DNA of 64,000 nucleotides from Atractiella rhizophila (Eukaryota): NCBI GenBank assembly GCA_021432655.1, contig MU271329.1, positions 1 to 64,000 of the forward strand, read 5' to 3'. Shown piece by piece: positions 33,870 to 47,964 of this stretch (position 1 is its first letter; each line of letters starts with the position of its first letter). The notes under the pieces were generated by a model. It saw only the letters and a program-made list of their open reading frames with translations, ran no database searches and was not told where the DNA came from. The position numbers and the translations under genes were made by a program.

Positions 33870-36461
33870 ATGTTCACTCTCTTTTTATCCCTCCTCTCCA
33901 CCGTCAGCGCCTTTGGCACCCCGTCGCACGTGCAGATATACGAACGGGACCTGCATCTACTCCCCCCAGACAGAGCCTTGCTCTATGCTAGAGCTCCAGG
34001 ACCGAGCGTGGACCCTGGGAGCGTCGTGAATAACGCTGTCAATTCCCAGATCAAGAATGATGTCCAGGCTGTTATCCAGGCTTTCGATATCTCAGATATC
34101 CCGCAGGAAGTTTTGGATTTGGTCCAGAATGGTACGTCCTCTCTTCCTGGCTTTTCTCGTGCGGATGGGTCAGAGGTTTGATTTGTGTGTCCGGACAGCG
34201 CTGAACACACCGCTCTCGCAATATCTCTCCAATACACCCACAGATCAACAGCTTAACAATCTGGCGAATCAGGTAGATAACAAGCTGGCGGATATTCAAG
34301 ACGCTGTCATCCAGGGGTTGACAGAGGGAGAGGATTTCCAATCTCTTAGGAATTGTATCAAAGATGTCGTTTCTGCTGGAGGGACTGCAAGTGGACAGCA
34401 ATGTCTTTTGGTGGGTTTTCCCACTTGATTTTTCACTTAGTAAGCGCAGGGATATGATACATGTTCCATGGTGCTGTCCCATGATGTGTGGATGGGGAAA
34501 GAACCATGTGGTTCGGGCCACCTCTTGGCGTTAGGCGATGTGTTTCGTTCTGGCTCTACCGAGATTACGCATGCAACATAGAGCGATTTGGCTGACGCGT
34601 GGGTTGGATGTAGGACAATGGAGCGGACGTTGACGATCTCAAAGAAGCATTCAAACAGACAGTTAGCCAGTACAACTTCGTCCTCCCCATTCAAACCATG
34701 AACGATATGATCGCCCGTATGTCCTTTCCATCCCTGCTCTTCTCTAGGTTACTGTATTCAAAACCGTTGAGCTGACTTTGACATGCATTTCGATAGGCAT
34801 TGACTCTTACCTCGCATCTTCTTCGCTCATTGAACCGGCGAAGCAGATGATTAAGAATATTGAGAGCGCTTTGCAGAGCGTGGTTGGTGCGTCTTCATCT
34901 CCATCTCGCTACAATGGTTTATGTTGATAATCCGTTCAGCCACTACCGCTGGTGACTACACGGAAGCTATCAACGACGCTGCCGACTGCTTTTTTGCCGC
35001 TTTGTCGGCGCCTGTGTACAGTCAAGCTGATGTATATGATTGTGAGGTTAGGGTGCGCGTTTCTTCTTGCCATCGCCACACCGTTTCCTGGTGGTTTTAA
35101 TCAAGAAATGTTGTGGGGGTTAGACTCAAAATGCCAATGGCACGTATGAAGTCGGAAGCACCTTGACACACGTCGAAAATATGTACCGGTACGGCAAATG
35201 TCTCCTTTGAATGACAAAGGCTAATGATCACGTTTGACATCCAGAGCTGTCGTCAATCAGTACATTGGCTACCTCCAGCCCAACATTGTGCAGGATATCC
35301 AAGCCATTGGTCAGGAACTCCTTCCCCAAGGAGAACCTGGATCTCCGTGTGTTTTCCTATCTTCCACTGTCTTGTCGAACCCATTTTAAATTACTATGGA
35401 AAAGTGCGCTATCCATGGCCGACTCAATCAATCAGGCTATTCTCAGGTTCGTGTCGTGCTCCTCCTTCTTTCGATAAATTCTGTGAAAGCTGAATGTGGG
35501 TTCGATCTGTTGCAGCGTAGTGGCTTCCACGTCCGGATCGCAAGTCTCCATCGCATATCAACTCCTTGACTGTCTCAACATTGTCTACACTGCGGATCCC
35601 TCGAACCTCAACGACGCTCAGTCTGCTTCTCAAAAGTGCTCAGTTGGATCCGGCATTTCTCTCTCACAGAAGTACATCACCGATGGATACATTCAGCAAT
35701 GTTTGTTTTCTCTTCTCCTCTCTCGTCATCAAGGCAGAGAATAAAACTGATGACATGACATACATCTAGTCTACGGTGTCCTTCCTGCCAAACTCACTCT
35801 CCTTCTCCAGGACTTTGAAATCCCCGAAGGCGCAGACCCAGCCCAGGTCGAAGCCCAACTGCAGTCTCTCTTCCAGCAATCCGGTGCCGGACCCGAGTAC
35901 GTGACATGCTATGAGAAGTTTGAAGACTGCACCCTGGACGCCATCAAGGCCGTTGAGGCAGGAGAGACTGCCCAAACATGCTCAAAAGGTGACGCCTGCG
36001 TGGACGTGCCTTTCTCCACGCCGGTCGAATCGATCGGGACGGATGGAACGAACCCTTACGCTGACGCAGCTTCTGGAATCGGGGCAGACTCGACGTCCAA
36101 GGTCGCTGATCTCGCTGATACGGATACGAACGAGAGCACCAGCAGAGTGTCATTCGCTGACGGCGCTGCAACTGTCGTCGGCGTTACTTCCATCAAGTCC
36201 ATGGATACGCCTATCACCAAAACGATGGGCAGGAGGAGGAGGGAGGGCAGGAAGAAGCTCCTTCATCCTACTGGTAAAAGGCATGGGAAAGTCCATCGCC
36301 ATACGAATGCTAGAATTGTCAAGTCCGGGCACGCGACTTCTGGAAAGACGACGTACAAATTGCATACTGCTGATCCGGCGCTTTCCAAGGAAATCGCTAA
36401 ATACGTGTCGTCTCACAAGTTCAAGTTTGGGGGTAAATTGAGGAAGCTGGGAACGTACTAG
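33870..36461 (+). CDS. Large multi-exon secreted protein of unknown family
   Basis: Signal peptide MFTLFLSLLSTVSAFG; about 10 short GT-AG introns; helical segments with spaced Cys; highly basic C-terminal tail (MGRRRREGRKK..KLRKLGTY*). Confidence 0.75.
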
Positions 36462-38614
36462 ACCTTGGCTTTCTATGGTACTATGGCAGGGAAGGAGGGG
36501 AGAAGAGGGGGACCTTTATTAAATTATTCCAAACATAATAGTTTGAATTTGGATTTTTGGGTGGCATATCACTTCGACTTTCTTTACAGGTGTTGGTTGT
36601 GCAACAACGCTGGAATATATGTTGTTCACTTTCGGACACCTGAACTTTTTAGCCAGCAAGTGATAATTTAACAACTAAGTCTAGACGGAACGACTCATAA
36701 ACCAGCAATGAGACATTTTTCTTGTTTCTGTACATTGCTAGAGGACATACTCCTGGAAGCACGGTCCTTCACGTCGTCTCTGTGGAAGGGCTTGGACTGA
36801 ACTCCGACGGAGAAGCTTTCACGATGACCTTTCCGTTTATCGAAGGTCTACGGCTGAAATACCCGGCCCTATGGAGAAGGACTCGTGAACCGTCGCATTA
36901 CTCTCTCGTCCAAGACTGTCTTTTGGAGCTCTACGTTGTTCCGTGATCTTTGTTTCAATGGACAGGACTACTGCGTGGTGACGATTGTTACTCCTCCTTG
37001 TCGGCCACTGATAGTATATCTCTGGCTGTGATAACCCAGCAAGCTCGCGTGTTCCAGGAATAAGTAGTAGTCCGCACTAACACGAAGTGGTGCCATGGAT
37101 GAAATTATTGTAAATGAACCAATCATGACAGAGAGGTGTCCCTGAGATGAATGCTCCACCAATACAAAAGCACGTTATGGCTCTCGTGTGCCCCTTTCGC
37201 TGTCTGTGGATAGAAAAATAATATGTAGTAAGTGTACATTCTATCAGAAAAAGATAACTTTCTTTCTTGTCAAGAAGGAAGAGAGTATTTTTGTAACAAG
37301 TTCCCAGGAAGGTACTGACTGTAGCTGTCGAAAACCAGAACCACTCTGCTGCCTGCTTCATGACCCTTCGATAGCAATAACAACTTCCAGTTGTGTGATG
37401 CGGAACCAAGATAGCCCGTTCCTTTCCTTGAGAGTCTTCCTAACAATGACACAGCACGCTGGCTAACATAAACACAGCGTTGTGTAGCATTGGACGGAGC
37501 AGGAACATCCACAGTCGACAGAAGAGCATCATCATCAATCGAGTTCGTTTTAACAACGTGGACCCCATAGCAGACCGAATGTAGAGAAATAGGTAACCCT
37601 TTCGACAGCCTACTGTGTATTTTCGCTGACATAGAGGCGAAAACATTTTCACGGTATAAGTTGAGCAAAAGTAAAAGACAGAAGAGCCAGCTGTCTTGCG
37701 AGGTTGCAAGGCCACCACCATAATAGTGCCAGAGAAGAATAGCGTGCTGATAGCTGATAGAGAAGATGCTTGATAGTTTGAAACAACACCAATGGTTTTG
37801 AGAGTTCGAACTGTCAGCTTCGCGAGTAGATACGTTGAGTGCAGTCATCCTCGAGGTTTCGACAGGCAAACTGTGGACTGCTGTGACATGTTGACTTCGC
37901 GATGAGATGTGCGACATGCATATATGCTACTCGTTGACTCTGACTGACGTGCAATGCAGACAGATGCAAAATGCCAGCATTGATAACATTGGCCAATCAC
38001 CTAAAACATACAATAAACGTGAAAACATGAACTTCGACGCTTAACATCATGATCTGTACCAGCTTCCCTACTCCATCTGCTTATACTACTCTGCTTCTAT
38101 TGCTGGTGGGTAAGTATTGTAGTGGTACTTGGCGAGGGTGTAACTTGGTGTAAAAGCGAAAAAGCGGAGAGGGCCGCGGACTCGGCCTTGTTCGCGGACA
38201 GTGCGGAGGACAAAGGACTCGGAAAAGCCGAGCAAGCACCAAAGACAAAGCAGCGCCTTCTCCCTCGCATAAAACCATCCTTTCCTCTTCATTCCCCCGC
38301 TAATCCCCAACAGCATCTCCCTCAGCGAGGATCAACGAACGTGATTCTGACTTGTTGGACTGCAACGACGAAACGAGCAGGTGGAATCGACCGGAATATA
38401 ATTTCAGCTGAGACGAATAGCCTAGACGACCTCAAACGAGGCTACAAGCGGTGCGTTAGTCGTCGATCTTCTCGCGCTCGCTCTTGCCCAACTTTACAGC
38501 TGAAACGGGTGACATTGCGTTCAGTTAAAAGACTGCCTGCCCTTCAAATCCTCGCTCAAATCCACTTTTCATCCATAATCTCATCTCGCCTTCTCCATCC
38601 ATACATTCGACATA

Positions 38615-40167
38615 ATGAAATTCTCCCTTCTCACCCTCTCCACCCTCTCCCTCACACAAGCCTCCGCCTTCTCCAAGCGCGGGGACAGGTTCAACCCCTT
38701 CATCCACCTCTCCAGTCTCAACCCGGACCCGTCAGCTCTCTCCTCGGCTTCCCAAGAAGTCTTCGCGTGCGTCTCCCTGCACTACCTTCACACCATTCTA
38801 GGTTTAAGATTTTGAAGCTGACGAGGAATGATGGATGGGGATATCTAGCCGAAAGTGCGGTCCTACATCCCAGTGGACAGATGAGAACGTCGAACGTGGA
38901 GAAGCCCTTTTTCAAGGAAAGTTGTCCACGCACACCAAGACGTTGGACCAGTATCGATCCAAGGCTGCTTCCCTCTTGAATTCGACCAACAATACAGCGA
39001 GCGATGGAAAGATCGATGTGTATTGGCACGTCATTTACGAGAGTCCGTCTTCCTTCTCCCTATTGCCCCTTCTTGAGGAGAAGGGCTCATTCTTTGTGCC
39101 CGTGGAATAGGCAAGAACGAAGCAGGTGGATATTTGACGGACGAGAAGATCCAAGAGAACGTCGACGTGATGAATCAGGGATACAAGGGAACGGGTATCC
39201 AATTCGAATTGATGGGCGTGACAAAGACGAAGAACGACAAGTGGTCGGTGTCCCAACACGGTACTTTCCATCAATCAAAACTAAAGTTGACACAGGTTCA
39301 ACCGCGTCGGACCAGAGGAACCTGAGCTCGCCTACGCCACAGCCATGAAGAAGCGACTACGCGTCGGCGGTCCTGAGGTCCTCAATGTCTACACTGTCGG
39401 GTTCAAGACTGGGAGCGGAGAGGGGCTGTTGGGATATGCGTGCGTCCTATACCTTCCTGCCACCCATCCTACCTTTCCCTCAGGAGGAGGCTGTGTTGCA
39501 AGACCTAACTCGCTTCTCGTTCCCAGCACGTTCCCAATGGATTACGACACCGCTCCACAGGACGATGGAGTCGTGATCGCCTATAATTCCGTACCGGGAG
39601 GATCGGCCACCAAGTTCGATCAAGGAAAGACTCTCACTCACGAGGTCGGACACTGGTTGGGTCTCTTCCACGTCTTCTCCGACCAAGGTACTCTATCCCT
39701 CCCTCCTCTCTCCCTCAACCATTGCTTTAGATGCTTTGTGGTGATATCGCTCGTTTCGGTGGAATAGGTGTCTGCACTGGACCACAAGACTACGTCAACG
39801 ACACCCCTGACCAGAAGTCACCAACTAGCGGTTGCCCTACCGTAGCCGCCGACTCATGTCCCGGTGCTGGAGTCGATTCCATCCACGTCGGTTCCCCCTT
39901 TTCCTTTCCCTCATGCGTTGTGAGTTAGCGCTGACGAGTTTGGGGTTGTAGAATTTCATGGACTATTCGTACGACGAGTGCTTGACGGAGTTCACGCCCG
40001 GACAGGTCGCTAGGGCTCTCGCTACGTTAGTACCCCCTCCTCTCCCCGCTTCCTTCCTTTCTTCCTTCTTCCTTTTGTCTGTGTAGGATGTTTTCCTGAA
40101 CCTGGATTGGTGCTTTCACAGGATCGAGATGTACCGCGGCATCGTCCTGCCTGAAGACGCGCACTAA
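38615..40167 (+). CDS. Secreted M43 (pappalysin/ulilysin-like) zinc metalloprotease
   Basis: Signal peptide; RKCG; IDVYWHVI; LNVYTVGF..LLGYA|TFP..DDGVVI; GKTLTHEVGHWLGLFHVF zinc motif; DYVNDTP; NFMDYS Met-turn. Confidence 0.95.
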
Positions 40168-40767
40168 GCATTCGAATGCCACCTGTGGAATGGAGGAAGG
40201 AATTAGAAAGTTGGACGGATTATGTCGACATGGACGATTGGTTGTGAGAAGTTGACCTTCCCTCTTTTTACCCACATTCCCTGCGAATGGGAGCACCCGA
40301 TCCCATTGTTATATACCTCAGTGGTAGCCGAAAACAGCACTTCTTAATTTCGATCCTTGTAAAAATAGAATGCAAGCTTCGCATCGCATTCAGACGAGTT
40401 TTCGACACCTTTTGAGTGAGCGAGGGCTGGAACTGTGACTTGTGCATGCTCTTCCCTCACCCTGTGGCCAGAGACACAGGTCAATAGCATTTCCTTCGTC
40501 AAGCAAGGAACAACCTGCGCCGTAACTTAGCCAAAAGATCACTCTTGGTCTTCACATGCTGGTTTGTTACGCTTTCTCGCGGAGAGTGACTGAACAGTAA
40601 GTCAGACAGCAAGGAAAAGTAGACCATGTAGTAATGTAATAGGCAGGTAGTAGAAAAGGGGAGAATGATCACATGATCACATGGCCACTTCCCGCTTAAG
40701 AACAACTGCGACCAAACAACAAGGACGACCACAACACCAGCGCGAGACTCGTTATTTCAAAGAGACA

Positions 40768-42992
40768 ATGTCCACGGCCGAAACTACCTACGACGAGAGC
40801 GACGAAAGCCACAATTCGAGGAGCCCTTCAAGTTCTCTCACCCCAGAACTGGAAGAAATACGAAGTCATTTCTACTGGACGAGCGCCGACGATTTTATCA
40901 AGGAATTCTTCCCAGAATCTGAAAGCATTGAGTTCGAATCTGAGATGAGGGAGTTGGAAGCCTGGCAGGAAAAGATGGGAACGAAAGACAAAGAGGGCAG
41001 GACTGTGGCTGAGGTGTATCAGCTCATTGTAAGTACCTTTGCAAGAAGGCTGCCAGATTTTCATGGGTATCGTGTTCTAGACGGGATTCCTCAATTTTCT
41101 GTGGAAGGAAACAGAATTGGAGTGCTTAGACGTGCATCTACGACCCGATCCTAAAGAGTATGATGGCGTCCAGTCTGAAAACACCCCCGACTTCATCGCT
41201 GTCAAGACGGAGGAACTGAAACCTGAACGAGACTGTTGTCGAAACATGAATCAGATGTGCTGGGAGCACTGTCAACTGATAGCTGACGCAAAATACTACG
41301 ACTGCGATCCTTTCGTCAGGTCAAAACATGGCACCGAAGAAGCGCTAAAACAAGCCCTCCGCTACCTCGCAGATTTCACGTATTTTCAGCACCGCACCTC
41401 ATGCCATCTAATCCTGTTTGCCGCCTCTGAAGCGAGAATCGTTCGTTGGAATCCCAAACAGACCATTTGCACTGAACCCTTCGATTTTGCGGACCGACAT
41501 CAGTTCGAGAAATTTTGTCGCTTCGTCCGCTTCTACGGCTCGCCCGAAGCTAATCGAGGAGTCGATGCTCACTTTAATCGTGCTGAACGGACTGTCGCAG
41601 AGGATGCCGCTGATTTCTTCAATAAGAACAAAGAGATCATCACGCAGGCTGGATTCGTTGTCCCCAAAGCCTCAGACATTTGGGAGCTGAACCTTCCTGC
41701 ATTGTCACCTCCCAACGCTCCTTGTTCGACACCTTCGATGCAGCTGATTGTAGGAAGAATCAGTCAGTATCACCTATCGCTCTCTGAAAGGAATGGGAAG
41801 TACTTCGTAGGTTACGAAAAGGAGAAGCTGGAATCGCTTTATTTTGTGAAGACTAATTGGGCGTATGTTTGGGACGGTGGCGTATCAGAATCGGATGTGT
41901 ATGACAAACTCAAGGAATCAGAACACGTTCAAAAAATGATCTACGGTGGCTGCCCGAAAAACGTCCAAGATTGTATGTATACCGTCAAGAATTCATTATA
42001 TGCGGCGACTTCTGGGAAAGAACAACCTCCTGATGACAATGGACCTTATCCGTCGTGGGAAGGTCCTGAGGGAAAACGACCGGATCCAGATCAGAGGCTG
42101 CACTTCCTTGTTCTCCCATTTGCCCGCTCACTTTCCACCTTTCGGAATGCTTACGAACTCGTGGAAGGCATCCATGGAGGCCTTCAAGGTATGTTCTCGC
42201 TCAGGAACATCTGAGCGCCACTGATTCTTTACCTAGGTCTTTTGGATATGTACCTCGCTGGATACCTTCATCGCGATGTCAGCCCCTCTAATGTTGGTCT
42301 GAAGTGCTCAGGAGATGGCGTGAAAGGTGTTTTGCAAGATTTTGATTTTGCCCTCCAATTGGACACATCAAGTCGAAGCCGAGCCGTTCCGTACTTCTCT
42401 ATCCTGGGTCAACAAGACTGATAACTTTGAGTAGGGGACCTACCTATATCAAGCCGCAGAAGTCCTTGAAAGGACCCCACCTGTACGCCAGCTGATTCAT
42501 GACATCGAGTCTTTCTACCACGTTCTAACGATTCATACTTTCTCAAATTTATGCTCCGACCGTCGCAAGCAGGCAAAACACCTCGTTGAATCTTACCATA
42601 TACGATGGGCGGCTGCTGTGAAGCACAACGAGATACAGGGCTGCGCAGATGGATTCTATGACGACGAGATTATCGAGAATATCAATATTCTTGGTCCCAT
42701 CATTTCGCTGTTTCGCCAATTTCTCGCTTCTCAATACTACAGAGAAGGACGCTTTCAAAATGTCCTCGCGGAGCATCGTAAGGATCAGGTAATCCAACTC
42801 TGCTCCAAAGTTAGCATCCTGCCCGTTGAATTAGATGAGTTCCTTCAAGAGGGTTTCATTGACGCCACTTCCTTCAACACACTGGACGAACAAGAGAAAC
42901 TGCTGAGATTTTTGATTCATTTCTTAGAGCTTGTGATCAAATACAACAGGAACACGTTGGAGGAGATGGTGATCAATGAAGGGGATGTTTAG
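40768..42992 (+). CDS. Fungal-type protein kinase (FunK1 / Pkinase_fungal)
   Basis: YFVKTNW, LHRDVSPSNV, LQDFDFA, GTYLYQAAEVL, HDIESFYHVL. Introns at about 41030-41080, 42189-42236 and 42390-42434 give a continuous frame. Confidence 0.85.
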
Positions 42993-43359
42993 GAGGAAGA
43001 GAAAGATAAAAAGCGGTGTAAAATAACAACTGGTGAGAGCCAGTCTTAATTGAGAAGGTGTCATGTCAATCTCCGGGGTGGTGATACTACCGATATCTCA
43101 ACCTGCACAGTATTCAGGAACAGTTACAAGTACTCCATCAGAGAGGTTTGGACAAGTTGAAAGAGAGCCATGCCCTGTTTTGGTATCTGTGCGATATGCT
43201 TTGACTAAGTGGTAGATACACCTGCATCAATTCATAAGTTATTGAAAGTCAAATAAGACAAGAACGATGAAAGTGCGAGTGGTGTACGAAATCGAAATGA
43301 ATGAGCAGTGGGTCCTCCTATCTCTCTGTCTTTCCTGAATCGATCGTAAAAATCACGCA

Positions 43360-45545
43360 TCAGCTCATGGATCCAGTGACCTGTACCCCATTCGAATTGA
43401 TCCGCATTGGAATCTCAAGCACCTTGCAGAACTGGATCGTTTGGGGATTGCAATAAGGTCGCGCTATCCCAGCTGTCACTTCCTACCAAACAGAGACAGA
43501 GAACAAGGACATACGCCTCACACCTTGCTCTCCTCCTAAATCTCCAACCGCTGGTGCAGTCCTTTGGAACCTCTGGACCTCTTCCACCGGCAAGCTTGAT
43601 TTCCTGCCACCATCCAAAACATGCTCATACACCCACTTCCATTCCTTCTCCACCATATCCCTTCCATACGCTACGTCCCTCGGCATATCTGGATCTTGCC
43701 ATCGTCCTGTACTAAAATACGGATCAAAGGCTTTAGTGATCGCCAGCCACACCGGGTCAAATGCTAGTGATGCGTATGTTCCTGGCTGGCGAGTTGCCGG
43801 AGTGCGGCCTTGGGGGACAGGGATGTCAACGACCTGAAAGAACTCGCCCCGGGGATGCGGTTTGGAGAGTGCAAGGAAGCGTGTGAACCTTGGTGGATTG
43901 AAAGACGGGAAAGGAGGTGCGGATTCGCGCGTCGCATGAGGAGGGAGGGAAGGTGCTTGCGATTGCAATTGAGGATCGGATTTCGAAGCTGTACCAGCTG
44001 GATTTCCAGCTGCCTTTCCATCCACATCTCGCTCACCCGCATCCCCGTCCTCCTCCTCGATGACGATTTCGTCTGGGTTCTTCTCCTCTCCCTCATCTTC
44101 GAAGGCGATCTCGATCTCATCCGGATTTTTATTCCCTTCTTCGTCTTCAAAAACGATCTCAATCTCATCCGGATTATAGTTCACCTCATCTTCTCTGTAC
44201 CCAACATTCTGTCCACTCCCTCCCCTTCCATTCCTCATAGGATAATTACTCCTCAGTCGTTTGAGCAAGGAATCTGTGTTTTCATCATGGACCACAACTG
44301 CCCGGAACTTATCGTGCATGTGACCAGAGTAAAAGTAGGAGGGTTGAAGGTAACGCAAGAGGCGAAGGAGAGGGGGGGATCCAAGGGAGTTTCGGTCGAT
44401 CTATTATTTTACCTATCATCTTTAGCAAGGGCAATTGCGGAGAGAGTGGAGCACGTACATCACTCTTGAAATGCTGTTTCCTCCTTATAAGTTCAGGTAA
44501 GTTCCCGAACCTCTCGATAGCCTGAGGCCAATCGTGAGACATCATGACATCGAGATGTTCGTTTGTTCCCATCCCCACTGGAGGCTGGAAGTTTAGCTGC
44601 AATGGAGAATCGGTGAGTAAGTCTGAATGTGAAGGAAGGAGTGGAGCTGGAGGGCAAACCTGTTGCAATTTCAAAACATTGAATTCGCGCGTGTGGTAAG
44701 CACTCCTCATCCCTGACTGTGTATAAGGGAGCGTTTCGTCGTATCCTGTTGGGGCACGCATTTATATGAATACCTCCCTGTGGAATTGAAGGAATGAGAC
44801 AAACCTTTGAAATAATCGATATCCTTGTAGATCCCACTGGAGCCCGCTACTCTCAACCATCCGTCCACTATGACAGATCCCGCGTGTCCAAGATAATAAA
44901 TGTTTGGTGCCAACCATCCTCCATGGAAACTAGAGCCGACCAGAAGCGTAAGCGTAGTCAGTGTCAGTTTTCGATGACTGAGAAAGTAGATGGAGGAGGG
45001 AAGAAAGGTGACGTACAGCTCCCACAAATATGCGGAACTCTCGTGATTCCCTCCAATCACGATGGTGGTGACGGGAGCCACCTTCTCCCCGGTATAATAC
45101 TTATAGAAGTCGCCCAACTTGCGATATTTGACGGGACATGCCATTCCTTCCAAGTCAGGATAGTTGCGCATAGCCTAAAAACGACAGAACAAGTTAATAA
45201 TCGTCTCTTTTAGGCATTGCCTGTAAACTGGGAGCAAGCGAGTCAGAGGAATCTTTGAGCAGGCAACGGTTACACGCCTCATTGTTACTTTGGCTAGGTC
45301 GGGCAATAAATCGATGAAATCTCGAAAAAGGGGCACATTTCTCGCAACAAGCGCCATTAGAATTTCTCATGTTCACGCTACAACTTCCCTTTCCCTACGC
45401 ACTTCAAACAAACCGAACTCACCTGAAAGTCACCACAACACAGCAACAAATCCACGGCTTCCCCCACGTTCCTACGCGCTTCTCTTAAAGTAGCATAAAT
45501 GTTATCAAGCTCTCCATGAGAGCAACCAACGACAGCGACTTTCAT
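43360..45545 (-). CDS. DBR1: RNA lariat debranching enzyme
   Basis: [75 protein letters not shown]-terminal NPQT. Intron 1 spans 45175-45422. Confidence 0.97.
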
Positions 45546-46078
45546 CTTCCCTCTGTTTCTGGTCCCAGTATTTGCTAGTCGGTTTCGACGTGTGGTGGAG
45601 AAATCCCTTCGGATTTGAACCCTTTGAATAGCTTTGCTCGTGAGATTTTGGAGGGTGCGAAACGGAGCGAGAGAGGCCAGGTTTAAGAATTCGAGGGAGA
45701 ATGGAACAGGAAATGAGCCACTTATAACCAAAGACTCGAGATTGAATGAATCTTTGGTTGACTCGAACTGGAACGGAGCAACTAAACGGAGAGCAGTGCT
45801 GAGGGGGACAGGAAAAAGAGAGGAGGAGAGCAAGTTGGTGGCTGGAATAGAAAGACGAGATCGAGCAAGTCACGATCACCCAATCATCAGATCAATTCGG
45901 ATGTGCCGAGTTGCCTAGAAGTTGTGCAAAATATACTGTAAACAAAATCACGCATAAATTCATAACCAAAGTACTGCAGACTGAACCTCTGAACCGTCGC
46001 TAACAATTTACCAAAAGAGCGCAACCGCTCGCGAAACAGTCAACTGAGGCCACCAGGCAAAAATAAGAGAAAAGATGA

Positions 46079-47278
46079 TCAGACCCCTTTCCTCCACTGT
46101 CCCACATTCTGGAATACTTCTTCCATCTGCAGACAAAGGCAGGTTAGAGAAGCGAGGGGGTAAAGAACTGACCTACAGGGACGGTCGCCCTCCTCTTCTT
46201 CTCCTCTGCCGCCTGTGCCTCCTTGCTAACCCACCTCACCACTTTGGGGAGGGGATTGCCACGTTCGGGGAACTGGAAGCCGCGCAGTCTCGCTTCTGTC
46301 TCCCGCGTCCCGTATCATTGAGTCAGTAACTGCCTTGGAAGGAGATGGAGATGGGTGCAAAGTGGACTAGACCGGTAGGAAGGCAGGGCAATATACGGGA
46401 GGAAGGACTAACGCAATTCGTCGTAAGACCACCAATCATCCTCGACACTGTCATAGTCGGGATCGTGGTCTTCTTCCAAATCGCGACTCACACGCTGCCA
46501 CGCGCCTAATACAGTCAAGCTCAGTTAGAAAGGAAGGTTGGAAATGGGAGATGGTAGAGAAGGACTAACCTTGCAAACCCCTGTACATTCGCCTGGCTCC
46601 CTCCTCTTTCTCATCGATATACAACCTATCCCTTGCGGCTCTCCCGTTCGTCTCATGTTCAGCGGGCACGGGAGGAGAGTCGGATTCAGATTCGTCCGAT
46701 ACATGCATTTGCTTCTTAGCCTTCTGTTTGAAACCGGGCTGGGTGCGCTGAGGAGGATTAGCGGGGCGAGAGGACTGAGGGTGGGTTGAGGCTGAGGCTG
46801 GTGCGGCGCTTGGCGGATGGGTTGTGGAAAATGGGATGGGTAAGGAGGTGGCGGGATAGCGGGAGCGACCGCTGAGGTGGACGTGGGAAGATGAGAACGG
46901 AGAAGAGATTGTTGTTGTTCTTGAGTGGTGTGGGCCTGAGATTGGGACATGGAAAGGGACCTTCCCTCCCTCAAGCTCCCGATATCCCTCAAATAACTAC
47001 TCTCTCCTATGACTTCACCCTGAGCCAAATCGGTCGTCTGAGAAGTGCTCCTGCCATGAGCTGCGTCGTACTCCATCCTCTCCTTCGGCGCAGGATAGAG
47101 ATACTTTCTCGGCATCCCTGCTGGCAAGTCGTCAAGGGTGTACCCCGCCTTGGCGGCCATGGAGATTTCGAAGGGGTACTCCTGCAAGATCGGGTCTTTA
47201 CGTGGGTCGTAGTCGCGTGAAGAGCCTGTGCAAACACGTTATGCAGGATAGAAAGAGAAATTCGGTGGACATACTCAT
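46079..47278 (-). CDS. Hypothetical multi-exon protein (Pro/Gln-rich middle, CxxC..CxxxC motif)
   Basis: ATG A|GTATGT..CAG|GC splices into SSRDYDPRKDPILQEYPFEI (ORF 46525-47187). Further exons end MEEVFQNVGQWRKGV*. No family recognised. Confidence 0.6.
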
Positions 47279-47964
47279 GTTGTCGCCTTGTGCTAGCTTT
47301 GGAAGGCAAAGCAACAAGGGGTTTCGTGGTTTCGTCGTTCTCCCACCTTGAGAAAGTTGCGACGGGAACAAAAAGCGCGGGAAGGCGCACGAGGTCGCGG
47401 GAACAGCTCCGAACAAAGTCGACAAATCCCAATATTCCTCCAAAGGGTACCAGCGTAAGATTGAACAGAGAGCAGGGAGAATTGAGTCGTCATCAGAGCA
47501 TTTACGATAACATATAGCGAGGTGAGTTTCAGGACTACGCTCGTTTATGTCATATCGCACTAGCCACGCAAATAGCCTGTTTGAGAGTGAGCTGATAATA
47601 GCTGAATATTAATTTCGCGCAAGCCATGTTGCTTTGCGTTGAACGAGTCAATCTCTTTCGGCTACTTTTTAATATTTCGCTACCTTCATTTTGATCTTTA
47701 GGCTACAGATGCCTTTCCTACACCCGGCATGCGAGAGCATATCATTTTGAGAAGGCGTTGAAGTGTCAGCTTTACCGCAGATCATTTGACAGTGTCCATC
47801 ACATTTACTTCCAGCTGTTAAAACTCTTCAGTCGCTAACTTTTTAAAGGCTTTAGGCTGTCAAGCTGTCAGCTTTGTTCATCCAAGCAAGACCCATTCAT
47901 TCCTATTACGAACCAGTCGATGATCTGTTCAGCTGTGCTTCACAGTGTGTTTGGACAGCCAAAA

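Noticed and set aside
36700..38500. ORFs 37270-37917 (-) and 38122-38979 (+) in the intergenic gap
   Set aside because: No recognisable domain or consistent splice pattern; the second overlaps the protease 5' region out of frame.
41030..41154. Apparent frameshift between FunK1 ORFs 40681-41154 and 41117-42214
   Set aside because: Resolved by a canonical GTAAGT...CTAG intron of about 51 nt; the paralogue has the same intron.
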